From positions 1-64,000 of IMG/VR virus record IMGVR_UViG_3300031718_000001: DNA of 64,000 bases; one strand, written 5' to 3'. Positions 37,535 through 47,200 of the stretch are shown here, piece by piece; the first letter of the stretch is position 1, and the number at the start of each line of letters is the position of its first letter. Made by a program: the position numbers and the translations under genes. This stretch comes from a virus. The notes under the pieces are model-generated. The model ran no database searches. It saw nothing but the letters and a program-made list of their open reading frames with translations, and was not told the origin of the DNA.

Positions 37535-38305
37535 CTATGGCACCCATACCTCGGCGTCGCACTCGGTGCTTCCGTCGGCCGCCCGGAACCACGGTGAGTG
37601 GTTGATCCAGGTCAGGTCACGGCCGCAGTGCCGGCATACGTAGGTGTCGCGCCAGGCCTTCATTCCGCCTTCGACATCGCGCAGCTCCTGGGCCGAGAAG
37701 TGGTTCCAGACCGAGCAGTCGTAGACCAGGTTCTCGCCTATGCGCAGGATGCCGCGCTCCTGGCGGGCACGGATCACGCACAGCTCGATCTCATCAAGTC
37801 GGCGCCCTGTCTCCGTCCGCTCGCCGCGCTCACGGGCCAGCCACGGAGTGGGCCTGCCCTCCCAGTTGCCGACCTGGACATAGCGGTAGACCTGACCATC
37901 CGAACAAGGCAGTTCGACCACGGCCGGCCCGGTGGCGCTCGTCGAGAGCGTCTCTCCGGTCTCGTCATTGACGAGGCACCAGCGGGTGATGAGCTGCATG
38001 GTACTGCCGCCCTCAAGCCGCAGCGTGGCCAGCTTGGCGGTGAATCGCGGCACCTTGCGGAAGAACCCGTACCGGCCCGGTACCAGGACGGCAGGACGGA
38101 TCAGCCGACGCGACCTGGCCGTGCCCCCGTTCATATCCAGGATCTCGCCGGTCACGGCGATGGCACCGGTAGCCTGGCTGACGGGCTCGCGGCTCACGAT
38201 CCTGAGACAGTAGGGCCGGTGGTTCCCGATGCGGGGGATGCGCACGATGGCACCCTTACGCACATCCGGATCGTCAGCGAATACGTCCTGGTCGGTGGTG
38301 CTCAT
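37535..38305 (-). CDS. hypothetical protein
   Basis: SD GGAGG; C-terminal CRHCG. Confidence 0.55.
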   Translation of the reverse strand: MSTTDQDVFADDPDVRKGAIVRIPRIGNHRPYCLRIVSREPVSQATGAIAVTGEILDMNGGTARSRRLIRPAVLVPGRYGFFRKVPRFTAKLATLRLEGGSTMQLITRWCLVNDETGETLSTSATGPAVVELPCSDGQVYRYVQVGNWEGRPTPWLARERGERTETGRRLDEIELCVIRARQERGILRIGENLVYDCSVWNHFSAQELRDVEGGMKAWRDTYVCRHCGRDLTWINHSPWFRAADGSTECDAEVWVP

Positions 38306-38649
38306 CTGGTCTTCCGCCTCCTGCTCCGGGGGAAGTCTGCATAGCGGTGGGCTGCCGCGATCGGCGTCACCAGGTCGGCGTCACGCACGCTGTTGTACAC
38401 GTAGTCGATGCCGCCCCGGTCGATCACCCGGATGTTGATGCCCTCGGCCGACGAGATGACCTCGTAGCAGCCCTTGCACAGCCGCTCGCCCCTGTAGGCG
38501 ACCAGGCCGTCGAACTGGATGCCCTTGTACTCGTAGGGCTCGCCCGGCCGGTGGCAGTGCATGCACCGCTTGTGGTAGGGCTCGCCGCAGAGCGTGCACT
38601 CCAGCTCGTCATCGCGCTTGATGCCCGGCGGCCGGGTGTCGGCGTTCAT
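38302..38649 (-). CDS. hypothetical zinc-binding protein
   Basis: three CxxC motifs. Confidence 0.55.
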   Translation of the reverse strand: MNADTRPPGIKRDDELECTLCGEPYHKRCMHCHRPGEPYEYKGIQFDGLVAYRGERLCKGCYEVISSAEGINIRVIDRGGIDYVYNSVRDADLVTPIAAAHRYADFPRSRRRKTR

Positions 38650-39457
38650 CAGTTGCCTGCCATCAGCAGCTCGCCGCGGGTGAACCACTCGCGGCCGACG
38701 GTGTAGTGGAAGTCCAGCGCGCCCTGGGGCACGCCCTCGGGGAACCCGAGGGTCATCACGCGCACCTGGTCGTCCCTGACCTCGGTTACCACCCGGCTAG
38801 AGAACGGGCCGCGCTGGTAGTCCACGTGCACGCACCGGGCGCCCTTGATGCACGGCCGGGCGGCCTGCTCAGCCGCCACGATGCTGCGGCACTTGTTGCA
38901 GTACTTGTTCGCGCCCGACCTCTCGGACGGGAGCATCTGGGGCTCCATGACGATGAATGCGTTGCAGCGGGCACAGCCGGTCAGGCAGAGCGTCATCGCG
39001 AAGCCTCCTGGATCGCCTTGCGGCGGGTGTTGGAGCGGTCGGGGCGACGGCCGCGGCCGTGCGTGCCAGCCCGGCGGCCGTTGCGGTAAGCCATGATCTC
39101 GGCTCCGCGCGAGCTGGCGCTCTTCTTGCGGGTCACAGTTCCACCTCCAGCGGGCGTGCACGGGTTCCGGTGCGCTGGCCCTGGCGGGCGCACAGCGTGG
39201 TGCTGCCGGCTACGTGCGACCAGAGCTGCCAGGCCGTCATGTGGATCGGCTCGAAGCACTCGGCGCAGATGCAGCCGTTGAGCAGCGCAGTTACCTTCCC
39301 GATGGCCTCGATCAGGGGAACGGGCAGCTCAGGGGCGGAAACGAGCAGGTCCCCGAGGAACTCGGTCACCTGCTCGGCCGTTACGTCGCTCATCGCCAGC
39401 TCCCTGCTCTCGATCCCTTACGAGATCCATAATACAGGGTTTCTTGCTAATGGCAAA

Positions 39458-40237
39458 TCAGTGAGGGAGGCGAACCTTGCCGGACACGGACTTGCCGGTG
39501 GCGATCGGGCGTACTCCGGGTGCGGCCGTGATCCGCACGTCGCCGGAGACTGACTTGCCGTGGATGAACACTGGCTCTACCGCGTGCACCTGGATGTCGC
39601 CGCTGACCGTCTGCGCCTGGACGACGCCGTGAGCGGCACCTAGCTCGATATCGCCGGAGGTGCTGCTGACGGTGGACGGCCCGGTCTCGTCCGCCTCGAT
39701 GTCCCCGCTGATGGTCATCGCACTGAGCTGGCCGACCTGTCCCTTGCAGCACACGTCAGCGCTCACGGTCTCGGCGATCACCCCGGCGAGCTGGCCGCTG
39801 GTATGCACCTGGCCGGCGTCCACCTTGACCTGGACGGCTGACCTGGCGGGCACGCGGAACGTAGCCCGCAGCGGTTCTCCCTTTACGCCGTTGATGAGGT
39901 CGGTCACGTCAACACCGTTGATGATGGTCCGGCCCGCCCTGCCGCTGCCGAAGCTGACCGACTGGAAACCGCCGGACTGGATCGTTATGCCCCCGCCGCC
40001 GCGGTTGCGGCCATCCCGTGGCCAGCGCAGCGACCAGGTAGGACCGTCATGGGTCTCCTGGATCCGGTCAAGCACCTCCTGGGGACCGGTCAGCTCGGCG
40101 GTGGCACGTGCCAGCCCCGCGACGGCCTCCACGGCCAGCTCCAGGTACTCGGCATCGATCTTGAGCCCGATCTCGCCCAGCGGGGCATTGCTGCCGCGCT
40201 CGGGCAGCCGCTCGGGTAGTGCCAGCGTCTTGTTCAT
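39458..40237 (-). CDS. DUF4097-like beta-strand repeat (adhesin-like) protein
   Basis: tandem T[VI]SGD[IV] repeats. Confidence 0.8.
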   Translation of the reverse strand: MNKTLALPERLPERGSNAPLGEIGLKIDAEYLELAVEAVAGLARATAELTGPQEVLDRIQETHDGPTWSLRWPRDGRNRGGGGITIQSGGFQSVSFGSGRAGRTIINGVDVTDLINGVKGEPLRATFRVPARSAVQVKVDAGQVHTSGQLAGVIAETVSADVCCKGQVGQLSAMTISGDIEADETGPSTVSSTSGDIELGAAHGVVQAQTVSGDIQVHAVEPVFIHGKSVSGDVRITAAPGVRPIATGKSVSGKVRLPH

Positions 40238-40298
40238 GTCCCTCGCCTTACTTCGTTCCCTGATGGCCTGTCTGGCGGCTACAATACAGGGTTTATTG

Positions 40299-40745
40299 CT
40301 AACTGACCAGACCCGTGCGGCGGGCCTTCAGTTCCTTGCTGGTCAGGAACCGCCACCAGCCGTCATATCCCTCGGGGATGAGCGGAACGCTGGCGAGCAT
40401 CGGCTCCAGGATGGTCATGTGCTCAGCCTGGACAGCCGGCACGCTGCCGTCGTGGCTGTAGTAGCTGTCCCCGTCCCAGCGGCCGTCGCAGTGCCCGCCC
40501 CAGGGGTCGTGGTCGAATGACGCCAGGAACTCCCTGGCGTCGGCTACAGGCGGGGTGACGATCTCGTGGAGGTAGCCGACGCAGGCCCGCATAACGCCCT
40601 TCTTGCGGCGGTACCAGACTGCCCGGATTGTGCACCAGGCTGTGGGGCTTCCGTCGAACCGGTGCTCAAGCGGCCCGAGCTGCAAGCTGGACAGGTCGAT
40701 GGCGTACTGGTTCTTCCACAGCACGAACTTGTCTTCGCGGATCAT
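40299..40745 (-). CDS. hypothetical protein
   Basis: ATGA overlap, codon bias. Confidence 0.55.
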   Translation of the reverse strand: MIREDKFVLWKNQYAIDLSSLQLGPLEHRFDGSPTAWCTIRAVWYRRKKGVMRACVGYLHEIVTPPVADAREFLASFDHDPWGGHCDGRWDGDSYYSHDGSVPAVQAEHMTILEPMLASVPLIPEGYDGWWRFLTSKELKARRTGLVS

Positions 40746-41203
40746 CGCTGCTCGATCTCCTCGACCAGGACCTGCACGCGGAAGCGCTTGACGATATCGC
40801 CATGCCGTTCCTTGCGGATGCCCAGGTAGAGCGTGTGGTTCGGGTCGTCGGAACGCTCCAGCACGATGTAGTGCTGGCGAGGCATGTGGCTGTCATCCGG
40901 CTCAGACCAGCCAGTGCCCCACTGCTGGATCGCGCTCACGGCCTCATCGCGCACGATGTCGCGCAGGTAGTCCGCAGCCTCGTCCAGGTGAGGGATCAGC
41001 TCGGCCGAGCGTTCCTCGCGTCCGCTCTGCCGGGCTGCGCGTAGCGCGGCCAGGACATCGGCCGCGGTCTCCGGCTTGATCTCGTCCGGCAGCCACAGCG
41101 CATCACCGAGCATTTCGCGGCCGTCAGCCGTCTGGGTGTACTCGGCGATCACGCGCCCCCGCTGGCCTGTTGAAGGGGCGCGCAGGATGTAGTCGCGCAT
41201 CAC
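40742..41203 (-). CDS. hypothetical protein
   Basis: overlapping start/stop, codon bias. Confidence 0.55.
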   Translation of the reverse strand: MMRDYILRAPSTGQRGRVIAEYTQTADGREMLGDALWLPDEIKPETAADVLAALRAARQSGREERSAELIPHLDEAADYLRDIVRDEAVSAIQQWGTGWSEPDDSHMPRQHYIVLERSDDPNHTLYLGIRKERHGDIVKRFRVQVLVEEIEQR

Positions 41204-41496
41204 TCACCGTCCAGGAAGAACTTGTAGTGGTGGTGGAACTGCTCGGCCAGATCCTGGGCAGCGCCCTGGGCCGTGTTCATGGCCTCTTCGACGTGACCGA
41301 TCTCCTCGCCGACTGTCTCTTCGAGATCGCCGCTCTCATCTGCATCCGCGAGCGCGCCGCCGATTGCGGAGCCGAGCTTGTCGAGCACATTGGGCAGCGC
41401 CTTGATGAAAGCCCACAGCTCCTTGCCGTCGGCGGCTTTCCAGCCATCCAGGTGGGCGCCGATTGCCTCTTCGATCGCTGCTGCCGGGTTTGCCAT
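41200..41496 (-). CDS. 98-aa helical protein (shared helical-domain family)
   Basis: SD AAGGAG; paralogue of 41883-42188 (NPA..GKELW..P..L..F[FW]LxGE). Confidence 0.7.
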   Translation of the reverse strand: MANPAAAIEEAIGAHLDGWKAADGKELWAFIKALPNVLDKLGSAIGGALADADESGDLEETVGEEIGHVEEAMNTAQGAAQDLAEQFHHHYKFFLDGE

Positions 41497-41507
41497 GGGG
41501 GTGCTCC

Positions 41508-41740
41508 TTACTCGCTGGAGTCCAGGAAGAACCTGTACTCCTGGTGGTAGTCGGATTCGGCTTCCTGGGCTGCGCGCGATGCGGCCAGGAGGCTGCTGCG
41601 GATATCGTCGATATGCTCGTTACCGTCCTGGCCTGCCGCGCCGAATACCGCAGAGACAGCCTCGTCCAGGCCGTCAATCAGCACGGGCAGCTCCAGCAGG
41701 AATTCGCCACTACCTCTCTCCGTCCAGGCAGGCTGCTGCT
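41508..41740 (-). pseudogene. third helical-family paralogue lacking a clear start
   Basis: translates ..GEFLLELPVLIDGLDEAV..AAQEAESDYHQEYRFFLDSSE*; not in the ORF track. Confidence 0.55.
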
Positions 41741-41882
41741 GCGATGCCCAGGTGCCTGACCGGCCCCAGGTATCCGAAGCCGTGGCAGCGGAAACAGGCG
41801 CAGCTACGTGCGAACCACTGCCCCTCGCCTGTCCCGCGGCACCAGAGGCATCGCCACCGACGCGCGAATAGCCTTTTCATAG

Positions 41883-42188
41883 TCATCCCTCCTCTCCGTT
41901 CAGCCAGAAGTCGTTAGCGCGCTTGAAGTCGTCGCGGGCCTGCTCGGCGGCCTCCTTGGCCTGCTCCACCAGGCGCTCCATCGTGCCCAGCGCCTCGCTC
42001 AGGCTCTGCATCTCACCGGGTTTGCCTTCGAGGCGCAGTTCCAGCGCCATGAACGTGCTGGACAGGCCGGCCAGGATCTCAGGGAAGTCCTGAAGGAGTA
42101 TCCACAGCTCCTTGCCGGTCTCCGGGTCGTACGGGCGGAGCCCGTTGTTGATCAGCTCGATGATCTGCCCTGCTGGGTTCTCTGCCAT
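41883..42188 (-). CDS. 101-aa helical protein (shared helical-domain family)
   Basis: SD AAGGA; YDPETGKELW..LQDFP. Confidence 0.7.
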   Translation of the reverse strand: MAENPAGQIIELINNGLRPYDPETGKELWILLQDFPEILAGLSSTFMALELRLEGKPGEMQSLSEALGTMERLVEQAKEAAEQARDDFKRANDFWLNGEEG

Positions 42189-42660
42189 GGGTGGCGTGTT
42201 CCTTTACCTAGTAGCGGTACTGCTGCTGAGAACGGCCTGCTCGATCAGGCTGTCGATCACTCCGAGCTGCCCGCGCATCCAGGCCCGCTGGCTGATGCTC
42301 AGCGTTCCCGGGTGCTGCTCCAGCTCGGACCTGGCCTGCTGGAGCTGGGCGAGCGTCGAGGTCGCGTACTTGCCACGGGCATCCTCGGCAGAGGCCCGGT
42401 AGTCCTTCTCGTACCGCCTGATCAGCCGTGGGTGGATCTCGCGCACAGTCCCCATCAGTGCCGCCTCCCGGAGCACGAGTGAGCCTCGTCAACCCAGAAG
42501 ATCACGCCGCAGTCGGAGCACCGCCCGGTGAGGCGCGCACCCGGTTCGGGCTGGTCTTGTGAGCTGCTCATGATCACTCCGCGTGCATTGATTCTTGCTC
42601 TATCACCTTAGCAATAAAGCTTGTAATCAACAAGCGGAGCGGAATGGCGGGGAAAGGAAA

Positions 42661-43839
42661 TCAGGCCCCTGCGGTAACGCCAGCAACGTGCTCCAGATAG
42701 CGCGCCATAGCCGTCTGGAAGCGCTTCTCTTCCTTGTCCCTGGCCCCGGCCGGTGCGACCACGTACAGCCGCTCGTAACTCGGGAAGCCGGCGCTGCGCC
42801 GGGTCGTCCAGGCGCGGCTCACGGCCAGCTCGTCCTTCTCGATCACAGCCCCCTCGGCCGCCGCCAGCTCCTCCAGGTCGCCGAGCATCTCCTGGCGGGT
42901 GCCCGCGGCGATCGAGCGCACCGAGCGGTTCCACACGCCCTTGGACGGGTCATCACGGGTCGGCATGGCCACGCGCTGCACCTCGTAGATGCGCCACTCC
43001 ATGGCGGCCATCGTCTTGCCCCAGGCACGCAGCACCTCGTTGTGCTGACCCGTCCTGCGCAGCAGGTCGAGCAGCGAGCCGTACTTGATCAGGCCCTGGT
43101 TCGGGTTGAGCGAGATCGACCGGTACTCCATCACCAGCGCGCTCACCCCGGAGAGCGGCTCGCACGAGTACATGTCCTTGACCCGCTCCTGCCCGGCCTT
43201 GTTGGCCAGGGCGAACGGGCAGAATGTGCAGGCGCTCTTGACCCAGGTGGCGCCGGTCATCTTCGTTATGTAGGCCTCGCACGTCGCGCGGTCCCAGTCC
43301 CACTCGATCAGCGGATAGCTGCCGGTGCGCTGCGCAGTGTTGTACTTGGCATCACGCACGGCCCGGCCCAGCTCGTTGGCCTCGTAGCCGATCACGTGCA
43401 GGAACGGACGGCCGCCGAGGATCGCGGCCAGGAAGTCGTCGATGACCTCGCCCTTGGCCTTGATCGAGCACTTGCGGATCCCGCCCACCTGGGGCACGGT
43501 GCCGCTGACCGTCATCTCGTCTTCGAGCTTGTAGCAGCCGTCGATGTACAGCGTCTCGGGCCAGTTGGTGTCGCTCAGCACGATATAGCCGTCATGGGCA
43601 CGGCTCGGCCCGCGGCGCGCGAGCTGGCTGTAGCGGATGCCGTGCTCGCGCAGCAGGGGCAGGATGTGATCGCGGACGAGCTGGCCGGTCTTGTCCCACT
43701 CGTTGCCGGTCATGGCGGTGACCACGAGCAGCTCGCTGAGGGCGCACGGCCGGGTCTGCGGCTCGTGGATCCAGCGCAGCAGGATGGCCGTGCTGTCCAC
43801 TCCGAGGCCGTATCCCAGGACTACCTTGATCTCGCTCAC
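42661..43839 (-). CDS. second adenine nucleotide alpha hydrolase / PAPS-reductase-like protein
   Basis: GYGLGVDS PP-loop variant, KCSIKAK, IGYEANE..R, YPLIEW.WDR, KSACTFCPF. Confidence 0.75.
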   Translation of the reverse strand: MSEIKVVLGYGLGVDSTAILLRWIHEPQTRPCALSELLVVTAMTGNEWDKTGQLVRDHILPLLREHGIRYSQLARRGPSRAHDGYIVLSDTNWPETLYIDGCYKLEDEMTVSGTVPQVGGIRKCSIKAKGEVIDDFLAAILGGRPFLHVIGYEANELGRAVRDAKYNTAQRTGSYPLIEWDWDRATCEAYITKMTGATWVKSACTFCPFALANKAGQERVKDMYSCEPLSGVSALVMEYRSISLNPNQGLIKYGSLLDLLRRTGQHNEVLRAWGKTMAAMEWRIYEVQRVAMPTRDDPSKGVWNRSVRSIAAGTRQEMLGDLEELAAAEGAVIEKDELAVSRAWTTRRSAGFPSYERLYVVAPAGARDKEEKRFQTAMARYLEHVAGVTAGA

Positions 43840-43874
43840 TCGCGCTCCCTTGCCGTCGATCCCTTGCACTACCG

Positions 43875-43904
43875 ACTATAGCAAGAAAAGCTGTATCGAG
43901 CCAA
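43875..43904 (-). promoter_or_regulatory. promoter for the second alpha-hydrolase gene
   Basis: -10 TATAGT with element; TTGGCT upstream. Confidence 0.65.
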
Positions 43905-44276
43905 TCAGGCAGCAGCCTGGACAGAGGCCTTCTTACGCGCCTTGCGGACGCGCTCGCGCTCGGCCGCCCCGGGGAACTCGATGGCCCAGCGCTCGGCCGA
44001 GGTGAGGGCAGCCCGCACGCCGTAGCGGTACCGCTTATTGGACTCCTCCGAGTCGCCGTACCCGCGCTCCTCGTCCATCACGGCCGCGTAGCACTCGGCG
44101 AGCACCGGGCAGCTCAGGCACACGGCCTTGGCCCTGGACCTGGCGATCGAGGAGACGTACTCGTAGAACAGCTCGGGGTCCTCGCGCCGGCACGCCGCCA
44201 GCTCGCGCCAGTCGGCGGCAGAAGGCTGTGCCACCCTGGCACGCCGCTCCGGCGCGCGTTCCAGCATGACCGTCAT
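43905..44276 (-). CDS. whiB: WhiB family transcription factor
   Basis: W..LAAC..PELF..AKAVCLSCPV..EC..YGVRAALT..ER (four Cys). Confidence 0.85.
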   Translation of the reverse strand: MTVMLERAPERRARVAQPSAADWRELAACRREDPELFYEYVSSIARSRAKAVCLSCPVLAECYAAVMDEERGYGDSEESNKRYRYGVRAALTSAERWAIEFPGAAERERVRKARKKASVQAAA

Positions 44277-47200
44277 CGCGGTGACCTCCTCACGAAGTCC
44301 AGGCACCCGCAGCCTGCGATCTCGCACGGGTGCTGCCTGGTGCGCTCCTTGTGCCAGACGCGGGCATGGCCGCACATCCGGCCATCGGCCTGGGCCTGGC
44401 ACGCGCTCGGGTGATCCGGCACGCGGATACCGCGGCCGAGCAGGTCGAGGATGATTCCCTCGTAGTGCTGGAGCGGGGTGTGGCCGAATGGCACGGTCAC
44501 CAGCACGGGCCAGCCGGTCAGGCACCGGGCGGGCAGCTCATCCTGGGCCTCGCCGAAGCGTGCCAGCTTCATGTCCACTGTGCGCTTCCTCCCTCCGGCA
44601 CGGCCCAGGATGAGCCTGATCACACAATACAGGATTTATTGCTATGTGTCACTTCAGCGGGCCAGGCGTGCCATCGCCGGCGCACCACGTGCCAGGCGCG
44701 TCTTCGAGCACGTGCATCATGGTGATCTCGGCCGCGCCGAACGAGATGCACGAGCGCAGCTCGGCCTGGGCCTGCTCCGGGGTCATGCCGGGCGGCAGCT
44801 TCAGCGTCACCATGTACGCGGCCGAGGTCACCGGGTGATCCTTACCGGCAGGCACGGTACCACGGTGATGTAGACGTACTCCGAGTCCCAGTACAGGCCG
44901 ACCCAGGCGTCGCGGGGCTCCAGGATCAGCGCGACCCGGCCGCGCTCGCCGAGGATCCTCATAGCGGCCTGGTCAGCAGGTCGTAGATTTCCTCGTGGCC
45001 GCGCTTCGCCAGGTCGGCGATCTGGTGGTAGCCGTAACCGCAGCGGTACAGCCCGTGCGTGGCGCGCAGGATGTCCTCGTCTGAGATCCCGTCCTGGTAC
45101 GGGATTCCCACGTGGTCCAGGACTCCCTCCATCTCGTGGCGGGCGGTGTCGTCGAGCGCGGGGTGGCCGCGCGCCTTGCCGTCCTGGGTGCAGAAGCCGG
45201 TGCAGTTCGGGCTGACCTCCGGGTCGTTCACAGCCTGCCTCCCAGCAGCACGTCCTCGGTCACGATCACCAGGCGCCAGGTGTCGGTGGATATCTCGTGC
45301 GTGACCTTGACCTCTTGGTCACGTCGCGCATCTCCTCGGGCCACAGGTAGTGCTCGGGGTCGCACCTGATGTGCCGGTACACGGCCGGGTGGATCTCCAG
45401 CCGCAGTCCGGGGGGCAGCCTGCGGAGCTGGGGCGGCCCGTAGGTGTCGCTGAGGTACTGCTCGACGCTCGCGATCAGGTCCTTAATGTTCGTGTGCAGG
45501 TCACCTCTGGGTGCAGGCAGGTCGCTGCGCGCCTCGTCGCTCAATTTCTCCTCCTGGTCTTGGTCCATATCGTGCCCTGTCCAGCCCAGGAGCAGGTTCA
45601 GGCCCCCGTAGAACTCACTGGTCCGGATCAGCCAGATAGCGTGCAGCGGCAGCAGGATCGCGGTCCCGAGTGCTATCAGGAACCACGCCCTGGACAGCAT
45701 GGCGAGTTCTCGCCTCGTAGGCGCGGATCTCTTCATCGACGGCCTCCAGGTCGGCGAAGTGGCCGTGGTACGCGGCCGGGCGGCGGTGGTCGCTGCTCTC
45801 GTACGGACCCCAGTACCTGTGCAGGCCGTACCCGCCGCCGAGCTGGATCCGCCAGCAGCCGCGGTGCCAGGCGACGGTATAGAACTGGATTCTGGAGCTG
45901 CCGCGGATAGCCGTCCACCCGGAGGATTCGGGGTATACCTGTGCCTCGCTCATGAGCCCGGCCCGGTGGTCACGTACAGGCCCGAGCCGTCCCCTCGCTC
46001 GCACCAGCCTCCGGCTGAACTGGCACCTGGTCGGCTGACGAACTCCAGCCGCCTCCAGCCGCTCGCCTTCAGCACCGCGGACAGGTTCAGCATCACGGGG
46101 GAGTACCGCCCCTCGCGGAGAGCCTGGGCGGTATCTACTTCCAGCCCGGCCGAGGTGATGCAGTACCCGCCGATGATGCCGTCAGTGCCGTAGCCGATCT
46201 CCAGCCGCCGCCACCGGCTGGAGCGCCATACCTGTGCCAGGGCACGGCCCACCTGCGCATCGGTCATGGGACTTGCCGGTACCTCCCCGTTGACCGTATC
46301 GTGCCCAGAACTTAGGTTCTGCGTCATCTGTCCGTTTCCTCCTCCTGATGTCAGGTACGCGCGGCCGTCTAACGCGCGTGGGCCTTGCACTCTTCGCACG
46401 GTGGTGCGGGCGGCACCTCGTGGCGCTCCCCGCTGTAGTGAAGGGGCAGCCCGCACGCCGGCTTAGTCCACAGCACGATCCAGTGCGACTCGCCGCCGGA
46501 CGGCTCGGGGTCACTCCAGCCGGGCGGAGGAGGCTTCTGGGCCAGCTTCTCCCTGAGCACATCGGCGTTGCTCATGCTCGGGCTGTCTCCCTTTGCCAGC
46601 GCTTCGCCCACACTCGCAGCGCGTCGTCTCTCGTGGCCGCGATCTTGCAGCCCTCCGGGCACGGCATCGTGCTGCAAAAGGCCTCGTGCGGGCTGGCCCA
46701 GCCTGCGCCGCAATCGCAGCCCGGCTGCATAACCACGCCCGTACGGTGGCAGATCGTGCAGCCGAACACGTGCCGCCAGGCTCTCATCAGCATCTTCATG
46801 GCCACATCTTAGCAATAAAAGCTGTATTAGGTAACTACTGGACCGGGCGGTACCACGTTGCCGAGGTAGTCCTTGTGCTCATCGCCCGGGTGACCGCGCT
46901 CCCGCTCGCACCAGCCGCCAGGCTGCTCGCCGCAGCGCAGCAGTATTCGGTTGCGGCGGAACGCCTCAACGATCGCTGCATCGTCCTGGAACTCCCCCAG
47001 GGACTCATCCTCGGTGTCCCAGCCGCGCTCCTGGAGCCCGTCGATCAGTACGGCCAGGACCTCGGTCACCTGTTCATCTGTGCTGCCCAGCTCGCGCATC
47101 TTCCGCGCCACAGGGTCGAACACATCGCCACCGCTAGCCCATCCCATGGTGGTCCTCCTCGGGTACTGCGTCCGCATCGGCGGCAATCGCCGCTATGCGC

